Assembly: GCA_965197585.1 (NCBI GenBank)
Contig: OZ240215.1
Location: forward strand, 2,759,771 to 2,823,770
Direction of reading: 5' to 3'
DNA: 64,000 bases
Source of the DNA: Dehalococcoidia bacterium
GTDB taxonomy: Bacteria > Chloroflexota > Dehalococcoidia > Plut-88900
Shown: positions 44,826 through 54,734 of the stretch, piece by piece
Layout: every line of letters begins with the position of its first letter
Position numbering within the stretch: the stretch's first letter is position 1
Program-made: the position numbers and the translations under genes
The notes under the pieces: model-generated
Told to the model about the DNA's origin: nothing
The model's input: the letters and a program-made list of their open reading frames with translations, nothing else
Database searches by the model: none

Positions 44826-45859
44826 TCTAGACTCACAAACGAAGTGCAACACTTGGTTAAGGTGTTGTCATGGGAAAGAGTTATGGACATGTCACCATTG
44901 AAGAGCGATGTGAAGTGGCCCGACTACAAGCCGCGGGATACTCAGTCCGCCAAATCGCGGCAAGTCTGGATCGCTCGCCATCGACAGTTGCTCAGGAGCT
45001 GAAGCGCAATGGTTCAAGAACCCAGGGATACGAGCCCAGGTATGCGTACCAACAGGCGCATGCCCGGCGATGGAGCGGGTCCCGGTTGGAGCGGGACAGG
45101 GGTCTGCGGGAGCAGGTGCTCTGTCGGCTCAAGCAGGGCTGGTCTCCGGAGCAGGTGGCGGGTCGGCTGGCGATGGAGTCAGGCAAGAGGGTCATCTCCC
45201 ATGAGAGCATCTACCGCTTCATATATGGCCAGATGGCTCGTAAGAAGGAGTATGGGTGGAGACACTACCTTCCTCGAGCCAAGTCGAAGCGGGGCTGGCG
45301 AGGGCGCAAAGGGGGCAGTCCTGCCTCCTTCATGGCTATGCGGCGCCCGATTGCCGAGCGTCCGCAGAGTGCTGCCGACCGCCGGACTCCCGGGCACTGG
45401 GAGGCGGACCTGATGCTGTTCAGGACATATGAACATGCGGTGCTGACCATGCACGAACGCTATTCCCGCATCCTCATAGCGCTCAGGCCCCCTGGCAAGG
45501 CATCCAGGCCCATCGCAGGGGCCATGTCGCAGGTGCTGGGTCAGTTGCCGCCTGAATGGCACCGGACGGTGACCTTCGATAACGGGACCGAGTTTGCACT
45601 CCATTACCGGCTCCACGAACTGGGCATCGAGACCTTCTTCTGCGATACCCACTCCCCCTGGCAGAAGGGCGGGGTGGAGAACGCTATAGGCCGGTTGCGG
45701 CGAACTCTGCCCCGCAAGACGGACTTGGCGGCGTTGCCCCAGGAGCGGTTTACGCAGATGATTCAGGCCTACAACAATACCCCGCGCAAGTGCCTGGGCT
45801 ACAGGACTCCGCCAGAGATCTTTTTGGAAAGCGTGTTGCACTTCAAATGTGAATCCACA
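44826..45859 (+). mobile_element. IS30-family insertion sequence (boundaries +/- about 6 bp)
   Basis: The inverted repeats are ACTCACAAACGAAGTGCAACAC (from 44831) and, as reverse complement of 45833-45854, ATTCACATTTGAAGTGCAACAC. It lies 45 bp from the IS481-like element. Confidence 0.65.
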
Positions 45860-45946
45860 GGGGGTGGCGGAGTCGTAGAGGATTTCGCCGTCTACTACTG
45901 TCATGGAGACGGAAAGGTCTCGGATTTTTTCGCCGGGGGTGTTTAG
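44870..45946 (+). CDS. IS30-family DDE transposase; the ORF has no stop inside the IS and reads about 30 codons into flanking DNA
   Basis: The HTH is IEERCEVARLQAAGYSVRQIA. It also contains GHWEADLM, TFDNGTEF and HSPWQKGGVENAIGRLRR...YNNTPRKCLGYRTPPEIF. The native end is probably near ...VLHFKCES. Confidence 0.8.
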   Translation: MGKSYGHVTIEERCEVARLQAAGYSVRQIAASLDRSPSTVAQELKRNGSRTQGYEPRYAYQQAHARRWSGSRLERDRGLREQVLCRLKQGWSPEQVAGRLAMESGKRVISHESIYRFIYGQMARKKEYGWRHYLPRAKSKRGWRGRKGGSPASFMAMRRPIAERPQSAADRRTPGHWEADLMLFRTYEHAVLTMHERYSRILIALRPPGKASRPIAGAMSQVLGQLPPEWHRTVTFDNGTEFALHYRLHELGIETFFCDTHSPWQKGGVENAIGRLRRTLPRKTDLAALPQERFTQMIQAYNNTPRKCLGYRTPPEIFLESVLHFKCESTGGGGVVEDFAVYYCHGDGKVSDFFAGGV

Positions 45947-45973
45947 GATGTCGCCGTCGATGAGGGTGAAGTC
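45860..45973 (-). pseudogene. 3'-terminal remnant of an amidohydrolase paralogue
   Basis: It encodes DFTLIDGDILNTPGEKIRDLSVSMTVVDGEILYDSATP. Compare the C-terminus of 46320..47945, DFTLIDSDILNTPGEKIRDLSVSMTVIDGEILYQSGAL. The DNA alignment to 46326-46435 is obvious by eye. Confidence 0.8.
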
Positions 45974-46048
45974 ATCGTTGGACGGGTTATCCAAATCGCG
46001 ACTTGCACGGGAGGACAGTCTTATTTCATACCTAGGACTTTGACTCAA
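45974..46048 (-). pseudogene. RelE/ParE-type toxin N-terminal remnant fused to the amidohydrolase remnant
   Basis: MSQSPRYEIRLSSRASRDLDNPSND resembles the Y.I.....A.RDL motif. After 25 codons it joins the unrelated remnant in frame. Confidence 0.4.
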
Positions 46049-46217
46049 GCCTACGGTCCCGGTATTCGGTGTAGGGGGTAGTGCCTTCGATACCGCGGAG
46101 GTTGTATTCTTCTTCTGCCTCCTCCGCTATTGCCAAGTCCTCAGCGCTCTGGTTGTCTTCGGGGGCCGGCGGCGATGCACCTATATCTTTCATCGCAGAC
46201 CTTTCTTTTGGACCCAT
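46032..46217 (-). CDS. Small acidic protein, possible antitoxin of the decayed toxin downstream
   Basis: 61 aa. GGAGGAG lies 5 nt before the ATG. Its 3' end overlaps the ParE-like remnant's start by 17 nt. I recognise no family. Confidence 0.4.
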   Translation of the reverse strand: MGPKERSAMKDIGASPPAPEDNQSAEDLAIAEEAEEEYNLRGIEGTTPYTEYRDRRLESKS

Positions 46218-46281
46218 CTCACTCCTCCGTACCGGTCATTGCAGCTACTTCAATGGCGCCCCGACAACTTTCACACATATA

Positions 46282-46305
46282 GTGAACTTCTGATCAGAAG
46301 TTCAC
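46282..46305 (-). terminator. Perfect 24-bp palindrome, terminator-like, downstream of the amidohydrolase gene
   Basis: GTGAACTTCTGATCAGAAGTTCAC lies 15 nt after the stop on the reverse strand and is followed by UAUAUGUGUG. It could alternatively be an operator for the small ORF. Confidence 0.4.
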
Positions 46306-46319
46306 ACCCGGCACTAGGT

Positions 46320-47945
46320 TTATAGGGCGCCGGACTGGTAGAGGATTTCGCCGTCTATGACGGTCATTGAGACGGAGAGGTCGCGGATCTTTTCGCCGGG
46401 GGTGTTCAGGATGTCGCTGTCGATGAGGGTGAAGTCGGCGGCCTTGCCGACCTCTATGGAGCCCTTTTCGTTTTCGAGGAAGACACTGTGAGCAGCGTTT
46501 ATGGTGTAGCCACGGATGGCGTCCTCGACGCTGATACGCTCGTCCTTGCCCATGTCCTGCCCCTCCATAGTGACCCGGGACACGGCGGCGGAAATGTTGT
46601 CCAAGGGTCTAAAGGAGACCACGGGTGAGTCGGTGCTGAGGACGATGGGGATGCCGAGGTCGAGCTCCGAGCGGAGGGGGATGAGCTTGCGCGCCCTCTC
46701 GGGGCCGAGGTTCGTCAGGAAGCCGTCGCCGTTGTAGTAAAGATAAGAGGGCTGGGATATTGCCAGGATGCCGAGCTTGGCCATGCGCTCAAGGTACTCG
46801 ATGGGGTAGCCACAGTGCTCAATGCGGTGTCGGTGGTCCTCCCTCGGGTGCTCTTTCAGGATCTGTTCCCACGCCCCGACAATCTGGTCCATGGCCTCGT
46901 CGCCCTGGCCGTGGGTGCCGGTGTGGAGTCCCGAAGTGTGGGCATCTTCGAGCAGGTCCTTCAGCTCGTCGCGGTCCCAGTAGGTGTAGCCGTAGGTGTC
47001 GGGTGGGTTGATGTAGGGGCTCTTGAAAGCGGCGGTGCAGCCTATGAGGGAGCCGTCCGAGTAGCATTTGATGGTTCCGCCGGAGAGATATTTGTCGCCC
47101 ATGAAGCCCAGAACGCCGAGGGCCTTGACGTCCTTCAGGTGGTTGGACAGATACATGCAGTGGGTCTTGACTGTGAGAAGGCCGCGGTTGCGGGCCTCGA
47201 CGTAGGCGGGCATTTCTCGGGCGGTGACCTGGGCATCGACGATGGAGGTGAGGCCCTCCTTGTGGTAGGCCTTGCAGGTGTCCCCGATGATGTCGACGAG
47301 CTCGCTGACGGGGGTGTCCAGTCCAGGGTCGGGGCCGTGGTTTCCGACATCGACCGCGCCCTTGATGACCTCTCGCTGGGCCGAGTCGAGCAGCATACCC
47401 GTGACCCGACCCTTTTCGTCGCGGACGAACCGGCCACCCTTGGGATCCTGGACGTTGTCGTCGATGCCGGCTTGTTCGAGGGCGATTGAGTTTACGAGAG
47501 CGAAGTGGCCGGAGGTGTGGACTATGACGACGGGATGCCTGCTGCTGACATCGTCGATCTCCCAGCGGGTGGGCATGCTGGCGCCCGGGTACTTGGCGTA
47601 GTCCATGCCCCAGCCACGTATCCACTCGCCCTCGGGGGTCTCCTCGGCGGCGTTGGCTATGCCGGAGGAGAGTTCCTGGACGGAGCCGACAACGGGGTAC
47701 CGGGCGTCGAGCTGCTGCATGGTCGAGCCGACGTGGACCATGTGGTTGTGTGCGTCCATCAAGCCGGGGAGGAGGGTCTTGCCACCGATCTCGACGATCC
47801 TGGTGTCGGGGGGGAGGTGCTTGCGGACCTCCTCGGCGGGGCCGACGCGCCGGATGCGGCCCTCGTTGGCGTAGACGCCGGTGACTATGGAGTTTTTGGG
47901 GTCGGAGGTGAATATCTTGCCGCCGAGGAAGGCTATGCCGGGCAT
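46320..47945 (-). CDS. Amidohydrolase-family metal-dependent hydrolase (Amidohydro_3-like)
   Basis: 541 aa. It contains LLPGLMDAHNHMVH, GTHGQGDEA, HRIEH, and STDSPV...GKAADFTLID. Confidence 0.8.
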   Translation of the reverse strand: MPGIAFLGGKIFTSDPKNSIVTGVYANEGRIRRVGPAEEVRKHLPPDTRIVEIGGKTLLPGLMDAHNHMVHVGSTMQQLDARYPVVGSVQELSSGIANAAEETPEGEWIRGWGMDYAKYPGASMPTRWEIDDVSSRHPVVIVHTSGHFALVNSIALEQAGIDDNVQDPKGGRFVRDEKGRVTGMLLDSAQREVIKGAVDVGNHGPDPGLDTPVSELVDIIGDTCKAYHKEGLTSIVDAQVTAREMPAYVEARNRGLLTVKTHCMYLSNHLKDVKALGVLGFMGDKYLSGGTIKCYSDGSLIGCTAAFKSPYINPPDTYGYTYWDRDELKDLLEDAHTSGLHTGTHGQGDEAMDQIVGAWEQILKEHPREDHRHRIEHCGYPIEYLERMAKLGILAISQPSYLYYNGDGFLTNLGPERARKLIPLRSELDLGIPIVLSTDSPVVSFRPLDNISAAVSRVTMEGQDMGKDERISVEDAIRGYTINAAHSVFLENEKGSIEVGKAADFTLIDSDILNTPGEKIRDLSVSMTVIDGEILYQSGAL

Positions 47946-48111
47946 TTTTGTCTCCGATTCATAGAGTACTTACGGTTGCGAATACCTATATTACCTGACG
48001 ACTTAGATTATCACTTACCGCTCCCCAGTGGGGATGGACCCCGGTTCGGCGCTGGGTGATACGTTCACGGTACACCCCACTCAGCCCCGGGAACCCTTAC
48101 CCCCTTGGTCC

Positions 48112-48207
48112 CCCTCTCCCTTAGGGCCTTCAAGGGAGAGGGGGAGATGAGAACAGAGGGCCGCACCTGCGCATTTTGCGCAGGTGCGGCCCTCTAGTTC
48201 AGTACTA
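48112..48207. repeat. Two-hairpin intergenic module, family C, copy 3
   Basis: Hairpin 1 is CCCTCTCCC-TTAGGGCCTTCAA-GGGAGAGGG. Hairpin 2 at 48156-48194 is GAGGGCCGCACCTGCGC-ATTTT-GCGCAGGTGCGGCCCTC. The tail is TAGTTCAGTACT. Confidence 0.75.
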
Positions 48208-48214
48208 AGGGGAC

Positions 48215-48247
48215 GAATGGATTCCGGCTCGGAGGCCGGATTGACGG
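48215..48247. repeat. REP family R2
   Basis: GAATGGATTCCGGCTCGGAGGCCGGATTGACGG. Confidence 0.7.
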
Positions 48248-48280
48248 CTGTATGGGAGTTTAGTTCTCTCCGCGCGGTGG

Positions 48281-49702
48281 TTATGAGACTGGAGGTCTAG
48301 CGTCGGCCCAGGGGAAGGCTTGCTCGTAGGCGGCGGAGGCTCGGAGGACGGTGGCTTCGTCGCCGGTCTGGCCGATGACGTGGAGCCCGACAGGCATGCC
48401 GTCTAAGAAGCCGCAGGGGATGCTGGCGGCAGTCTGGCCGCTCATGTTGATGGGGAAGGTGTGGGGTATGTAGCCGAGATGTGGCGGCAGCCTCTTGCCG
48501 CCGACCTCCTGGGGCGCCTGCCCAACGGGGAATGCCACCGTGGGCATGGTGGGGCTCATCAGCAGGTCATACTCGTCGAGGAGCTCTTCGAACCGGAGCT
48601 TGACCAGGTTCACCTGGTGGAGAGCCTGGGCCAGGGCGGCCCCACTTGTGGCTTTGCCCTGCTCCAGGCTGTAGCGGCCATATGAAGTGAGCTCTGCGAC
48701 GTTGGAGTTCAGGAGGTGGCCGTAGGAGCTGTAGGCGGATGTGCTGAACATGGTCCAGAAGGCTCGGAAGGGATTTTGCAGGCCGACATCCACCTCCTCG
48801 ACAGTTGCGCCGAGGGACTCAAAATTGCGGGCCGCGGCTTCGGAGATACGTAGGACTTCGGGATCGACGGGGGTGTAGCCGTAGTCGGGGGTCCAGCCAA
48901 TCCTGAGGCCCTTGACGCCGTCATTGAGGCCGGATACGAAGTCCGGGACGGGGGCCTTGAGGGACATCGGGTCCCGGGGGTCGTGGCCCGAGAGCACTTG
49001 CAGAAGGATAGCCGAGTCCTTGACCGTGCGAGACATGGGGCCCGACTGGGAGAACAGGTTGGCGGTGGCAGGGCCTCGGCCGACGCTGCCGTAGCGGGGC
49101 ACGCGGAGCTGGGTCGGCTTGATGCCGTAGACGCCACAGAAGCTGGCGGGGATTCGGATAGAGCCTCCGCCGTCTGAGCCGGTGGCCAAGGTACAGAGAC
49201 CTGCAATGAGGGCCGCACCCGCGCCGCCGCTGGACCCGCCGCTGGTGCGCTCGGTGTTCCAGGGGTTTCTGCATGCCTCGCCGAGAAGGTTCTCGGTGGT
49301 GCCGGACTGGCCGAACTCGGGGGTGTTGGTCTTGCCGAGGATGATTGCCCCGGCCTGCCGGACCCGCTCTACGGCGACGGAATCTTCGTCGGGGACGTGG
49401 TCTCGGAAGACGTAGCAGCCCATCGTGCTGCGGATACCCTTGGAGAACTCCAGGTCCTTGATGGATATGGGGACGCCGTGAAGGGGCCCGAGGTCGTCGC
49501 CGCGGGCGACGGCTGCTTCAGCATCGGCGGCCGTCTCGCGGGCGAGGTCGGCGGTGACGGTCAGATAGGAGTTGAGCTTGGGGTCAAGGGAGTCGATGCG
49601 GTCAAGGAAGAGGTCGGTGAGCTCTCTGGGAGAGAGTTCCTTGGAAGCGATCATGTCTCGGACCTGCCAGGCCGGGGCGAATGCGAGATCGGCATTGTTC
49701 AT
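48281..49702 (-). CDS. Amidase (amidase-signature family, GatA-like)
   Basis: It contains GGSSGGAGAALIAG and SDGGGSIRIPASFCG. Confidence 0.85.
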   Translation of the reverse strand: MNNADLAFAPAWQVRDMIASKELSPRELTDLFLDRIDSLDPKLNSYLTVTADLARETAADAEAAVARGDDLGPLHGVPISIKDLEFSKGIRSTMGCYVFRDHVPDEDSVAVERVRQAGAIILGKTNTPEFGQSGTTENLLGEACRNPWNTERTSGGSSGGAGAALIAGLCTLATGSDGGGSIRIPASFCGVYGIKPTQLRVPRYGSVGRGPATANLFSQSGPMSRTVKDSAILLQVLSGHDPRDPMSLKAPVPDFVSGLNDGVKGLRIGWTPDYGYTPVDPEVLRISEAAARNFESLGATVEEVDVGLQNPFRAFWTMFSTSAYSSYGHLLNSNVAELTSYGRYSLEQGKATSGAALAQALHQVNLVKLRFEELLDEYDLLMSPTMPTVAFPVGQAPQEVGGKRLPPHLGYIPHTFPINMSGQTAASIPCGFLDGMPVGLHVIGQTGDEATVLRASAAYEQAFPWADARPPVS

Positions 49703-49749
49703 GGGGTACCTCCGGTGGGGTGGGGGTGTGTCGATTGGCGTCTATAGTA

Positions 49750-50910
49750 TCACGCAGGCTCGACCGGCGAGGGCAGGTTCCGCAAGTTGTCTAGGACTTT
49801 CTCCAGACGTTTAGCGATAATGTCTATGTTGTCACTAGCGTCCTGATGCTTGACGATCCAGGCATCTAGGCCCTCATGTGGGTATCTGGTGACGAAAGTG
49901 TCATCCTTGAACTCGGCTGCCCACGTCTTCAGGATTTCGTTTAGCCCAGGTGGCTCGTCCTCATACACATAGTTACTCATGCCGAAGGTGAATTCCTTAG
50001 TGCCCATCCAGCCGGAGTAATCGGGGAAAGGGTTGATCCATGCAAGAGATAGAGGACGGGACCAAGCAGGTGGACGATAGCGAATGCTAAATCCCACGCT
50101 TCCCCCCCTTGCTTCGGCACCTTTTTCCCTAGCGACTTTAACCAAACGCTCCGTAGCATCCCGAACCCGTTCATTCGGCATTTCATCAAGGATTTGATTT
50201 ATAGTCTTATGGTCCCGCTTTTTAGATGAACGGTCAGGGGCGGAGGCTGTACGGCCGATGACTCGGGGAACGAGGGTGCTCCCCTTTTCACCTGCGAATT
50301 GCTTGACTTCTACGGCAAGGACTTCCGTGCGAGGCATTTGTTCGTTGAGGAACTCCACCACTCGGGCGAGTTCACTAGGGATGGAGTCGGCGACGAAGAG
50401 GAGACGGAGGTGGGCGGAGCGGAGGTTGGTCTCGACATCTTGCCAGAATCTCTCTACGTCAGGCTCGTCATCCGGTTGCAGGAGTATTGTCAATTCCTCG
50501 CTCGGATCGGTCCCTTCTGACTTGCAGCGTTCTTCAAAGGCCTGCCGAATGTCAGCGATACCCCAAGTCTGTGTAGCGTGAGCGGCATAGTCCATCATTT
50601 GCCCGACAATGGAGCGCCGAATTTCCGAATTCTCAGAACGTTTGGCTTCGACCAGGGTGGGTATTGCATCCTGGTCTATCAGAAGGTGGTCCAGAGACCA
50701 GCGCTCACTTCCACCCACGATGTCGGCGATGCCCTGCTCCCGGCCTATGAGAATCCAGCGTCGAGGGTTGTTGGGATCCATCTGCTCCCCCGACAACAAT
50801 TTAGGGTATTTGGCAACCAGTTCCTGCAACTTGTCTTCCAGAGCGAACCGCTCTTCGGTCATGGGTTCAAGGTTTCCATGTTCGTTTAGGTGATAGATTT
50901 CTTCCAGCAT
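49750..50910 (-). CDS. Hypothetical protein with NucS/PD-(D/E)xK-like nuclease N-terminal domain
   Basis: The motif SLDHLLIDQDAIPTLVEAKRSENSEIRRSIVGQMMDYA fits D...E.K. The gene is AT-richer and lies immediately next to IS110 copy 2. Confidence 0.45.
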   Translation of the reverse strand: MLEEIYHLNEHGNLEPMTEERFALEDKLQELVAKYPKLLSGEQMDPNNPRRWILIGREQGIADIVGGSERWSLDHLLIDQDAIPTLVEAKRSENSEIRRSIVGQMMDYAAHATQTWGIADIRQAFEERCKSEGTDPSEELTILLQPDDEPDVERFWQDVETNLRSAHLRLLFVADSIPSELARVVEFLNEQMPRTEVLAVEVKQFAGEKGSTLVPRVIGRTASAPDRSSKKRDHKTINQILDEMPNERVRDATERLVKVAREKGAEARGGSVGFSIRYRPPAWSRPLSLAWINPFPDYSGWMGTKEFTFGMSNYVYEDEPPGLNEILKTWAAEFKDDTFVTRYPHEGLDAWIVKHQDASDNIDIIAKRLEKVLDNLRNLPSPVEPA

Positions 50911-50954
50911 TCTTGGGTCTCCTCATTCAGATCAGTGGCGTGGTTGGGAAAGTC

Positions 50955-52066
<1,112 letters not shown>

Positions 52067-52095
52067 ATTCCTCGCGGGGCCGCGAAATGACAGGG
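52067..52095. repeat. REP family R1, 3' portion abutting IS110 copy 2
   Basis: ATTCCTCGCGGGGCCGCGAAATGACAGGG. The 5' portion GAAAGTCCTAG lies at 50948-50958. Confidence 0.8.
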
Positions 52096-52103
52096 AGAGT
52101 GGC

Positions 52104-53105
52104 TCACGGCGCTAGCGCGCGGATGACTTCTTTAGTGCGTTCGGCGGCGTTGGGGCCCGAGGTGCGGGGGGTGATGATGGGGAGGGTTACGCCTGCGTCA
52201 CGGTAGGCTTGTATGCGGTCTCGGCATTCGTCCGGGGCACCGACGATGGCTAGGGAGCGGAGCATGGAGTCGGGGACGAGGGACTCGAGCGCCGGGCCTC
52301 GTTTGCCTTCCAGGTAGGCGGCTCGGATGGCGGAGGCCTCGTCGGGGAAGCCGTTCTGTGCAAGGGCCCGGTTGTAGCGAGGGAAGAAGCCAGCGTAGAA
52401 ACCCGTGGCCTTGCGTATGCCTTCGAGGTCGGCGGGGCCGTCGGTGGAGACGACGGTGGTTATGAGGTCGGCGATGGCTATGTCCTTGGGGTCACGGCCC
52501 GCGGCACGGGCCCCTTCGGCAACTACCTTGGCGGCTTTGGCTGCGCCGGACAGCGTGGTCCAGGTGAGGATAGTCCCGTCGGTTATTTCGCCGCAAGTGC
52601 GGAGCATCTTGTCGAATACGGCGGCGGCGTAGATGGGGACCTCGGGGTGGAGGGTGGGGAGCCAGAAGTCGAACCTGTCGATGTCCAGGACCGACCCTTT
52701 ATAGGAGACCTCGCCGTCTCGGAGGAGGGCGCGGATGACGTCAATGTACTCCCGGAGTCGGGTGATGGGCTTTTCGTAGGGGACGCTGTGCTCGCCCTCT
52801 ACCTGGACCTTGTGGCTCGAGCCGAGACCCAGGATGAATCTGCCCTGGGAGAAGTGGTCGAGGCAGGCGGCGGCCATGGCGATGGTGGGGGCGCTGCGCA
52901 CGAAGACGCTGACAATGGATGTGCCGAGCTTGATCCTTTCAGTGGCGAGGGCGCAGGCAGTAAGGGTGGTGAACTGGTCGCCGCCGTGGCCCTCGGAGAG
53001 CCAGAAGGAGTCGTAGCCGAGCTGGTCGGCGAGCCGGCAGCACTCGACGACCTCCAAGGGGGTCATGTCCTGGCCGCTAAGGCCTATTCCTAGTGGGGTT
53101 TTCAT
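52104..53105 (-). CDS. LLM-class (luciferase-like) flavin/F420-dependent oxidoreductase
   Basis: The protein begins MKTPLGIGLSG and contains LGYDSFWLSEGHGGD, GRFILGLGSS and a TIM-barrel LLM pattern. The 28 extra N-terminal codons in the track start inside a repeat and are unlikely. Confidence 0.75.
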   Translation of the reverse strand: MKTPLGIGLSGQDMTPLEVVECCRLADQLGYDSFWLSEGHGGDQFTTLTACALATERIKLGTSIVSVFVRSAPTIAMAAACLDHFSQGRFILGLGSSHKVQVEGEHSVPYEKPITRLREYIDVIRALLRDGEVSYKGSVLDIDRFDFWLPTLHPEVPIYAAAVFDKMLRTCGEITDGTILTWTTLSGAAKAAKVVAEGARAAGRDPKDIAIADLITTVVSTDGPADLEGIRKATGFYAGFFPRYNRALAQNGFPDEASAIRAAYLEGKRGPALESLVPDSMLRSLAIVGAPDECRDRIQAYRDAGVTLPIITPRTSGPNAAERTKEVIRALAP

Positions 53106-53180
53106 GGTGGGGGGATTATACGGGAAGGGGATACGGACAAGGGAATCCACAGCACAGTAATCAATTCTGTCATCCTTCGG

Positions 53181-53213
53181 CTCGCTCATACTTCGACGGG
53201 CTCAGCACGAGCG
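53181..53213. repeat. Repeat family E
   Basis: CTCGCTCATACTTCGACGGGCTCAGCACGAGCG. Confidence 0.75.
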
Positions 53214-53320
53214 GGTGAGTGGTCGCTTCGGAGGAAAGGAATCACCCTCACCCTAGCCCTTTGTCAAAGGGTCTAGTGAAGGACTTGCATAACTGGCCGC
53301 TTAAACGGGCGTGATCCACC

Positions 53321-53380
53321 CCTCGCTCATACTTCGAGAGCCTCCCGCCTGAGGCGGATCTGCGACAGCACGAGCGGCCC
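53321..53380. repeat. Repeat family E with an inserted CCGCCTGAGGCGG hairpin
   Basis: CCTCGCTCATACTTCGAGAGCCTCCCGCCTGAGGCGGATCTGCGACAGCACGAGCGGCCC. Confidence 0.75.
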
Positions 53381-53424
53381 CACCCCAGGAAGGGGGATTG
53401 GGAAGGATTTAGGGGTTGAATGGC

Positions 53425-53453
53425 TTGACGGGAACGGGGAAGTCGAGTATTAC
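53425..53453 (+). promoter_or_regulatory. Sigma70-like promoter candidate for the 53519 gene
   Basis: TTGACG-17 nt-TATTAC. Confidence 0.35.
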
Positions 53454-53518
53454 GGGTCGGGAAATGGAGGGATATTTTGGTCAAGTCTCGAAGAGACGCA
53501 GGGAAAGCTGACTGACAG

Positions 53519-53908
53519 ATGAATTTCGCCGAAGCCATATCGTCCGTAGTGCAGAGCCTAGTGCTGCCATACGGCTACACACTATCCATATGGTCGGCTG
53601 GGATATTGGCGGTCTTCAGGTACGGGGCACCGAAGCGGGTGGACCCGCTGTTGTTCGTGGTGGGGGCCGTGATCGGCTTCATGGTGTTCAACATCCCGAC
53701 CTACTGGACGATTTCGGGACAGGAGCAGTTGGATGTTCAGGTGCCAACTGTGGCGCTGCTGAACATCGTGCCCCTGGCGGCCGTAGTAGTATCCACCCTG
53801 CTGATACGGCTAATCCAGAGCGAGTGGTTAGGCTATTTCCTGAGCGGGTTCAGTGCGACGGTGGTTTACATCGGCAGCCTGAGCCTGCTGCTCTGGGGCT
53901 TCGGCTAG
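53519..53908 (+). CDS. Hypothetical integral membrane protein (about 4 TM helices)
   Basis: It has hydrophobic segments throughout. I recognise no family. Confidence 0.5.
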   Translation: MNFAEAISSVVQSLVLPYGYTLSIWSAGILAVFRYGAPKRVDPLLFVVGAVIGFMVFNIPTYWTISGQEQLDVQVPTVALLNIVPLAAVVVSTLLIRLIQSEWLGYFLSGFSATVVYIGSLSLLLWGFG

Positions 53909-54576
53909 CTGCGCTTCGGGATGCGGGGGACTAGCCAAGTGAGAAAGGCGTCGTCGCTTCTCGACTGCAGGAAGATCTTCCCGGGCCCCGTGAGCTCGCA
54001 GACAAGGCCCTCGCCGCTGAACAGGGTCGACTTCAGCCCCCCGACTCGGGTCACCTTGTAGCCAACGTTCTCGTCGAAGGCAACCATGTGGCCCGTATCG
54101 ACGATATAGGTTTCTCCGTGGCGCAGCTCCTTGGCATGGATTGCGCCGTAGCTGGAGAGGAAGAGGTCGCCGGAGCCCTGTACCCGGAGTAGGAAGAGGC
54201 CCTCCTTCGAGAAGAAGGTCTTTGCGCCGCCCCACTGGGTGTCGACGGAGATGGCCTTGGAGCAGGCCAGGTAGGCCCCGGAGGTGACCATGATAGTCTG
54301 GTTGCGCATGTCCATGTGGAGAACGTCGCCGGGGAGAGGGGGAGCGAGAGTGATCTCGCCGGCTTCGTCGGCGCGGAACGTGTTCATGAAGAAGCTCTCA
54401 CCACTGAGGAATTTGCGGGCGAGGCCACCTAAAAGGCCGCCGCGCGCGGAGGTCTCGATGTTGATGCCGGAGGACATGCTTACCATTGCGCCGGCCTCGG
54501 CGACTATTTCATCGCCGCGCTCCATGCTGAGGACGGCCAGGGCGTAGGAGGGTTTGTAAAGAATTTCGTGCTTCAC
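53905..54576 (-). CDS. TIGR00266/AIM24 (DUF124) family protein
   Basis: It contains YKPSYALAVL...GDEIVAEAGAMVSMS, GESFFMNTF, and TYIVDTGHMVAF...GEGLVCELTGPGKIFLQSR. Confidence 0.7.
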   Translation of the reverse strand: MKHEILYKPSYALAVLSMERGDEIVAEAGAMVSMSSGINIETSARGGLLGGLARKFLSGESFFMNTFRADEAGEITLAPPLPGDVLHMDMRNQTIMVTSGAYLACSKAISVDTQWGGAKTFFSKEGLFLLRVQGSGDLFLSSYGAIHAKELRHGETYIVDTGHMVAFDENVGYKVTRVGGLKSTLFSGEGLVCELTGPGKIFLQSRSDDAFLTWLVPRIPKRS

Positions 54577-54734
54577 TTTTGAACCTCTTTTCGAAAATGC
54601 TGATTGAGAGTCTCCGTATATTGTAACGCTACGATAGGGGAACGGGTACGACTTTCAACGATGGGCAGGGTGTATCATGACCCCGTCCCGAGACAAAGGG
54701 CTGCCCCGAAACCCGGCGCGCAGGAGGTTACGAC

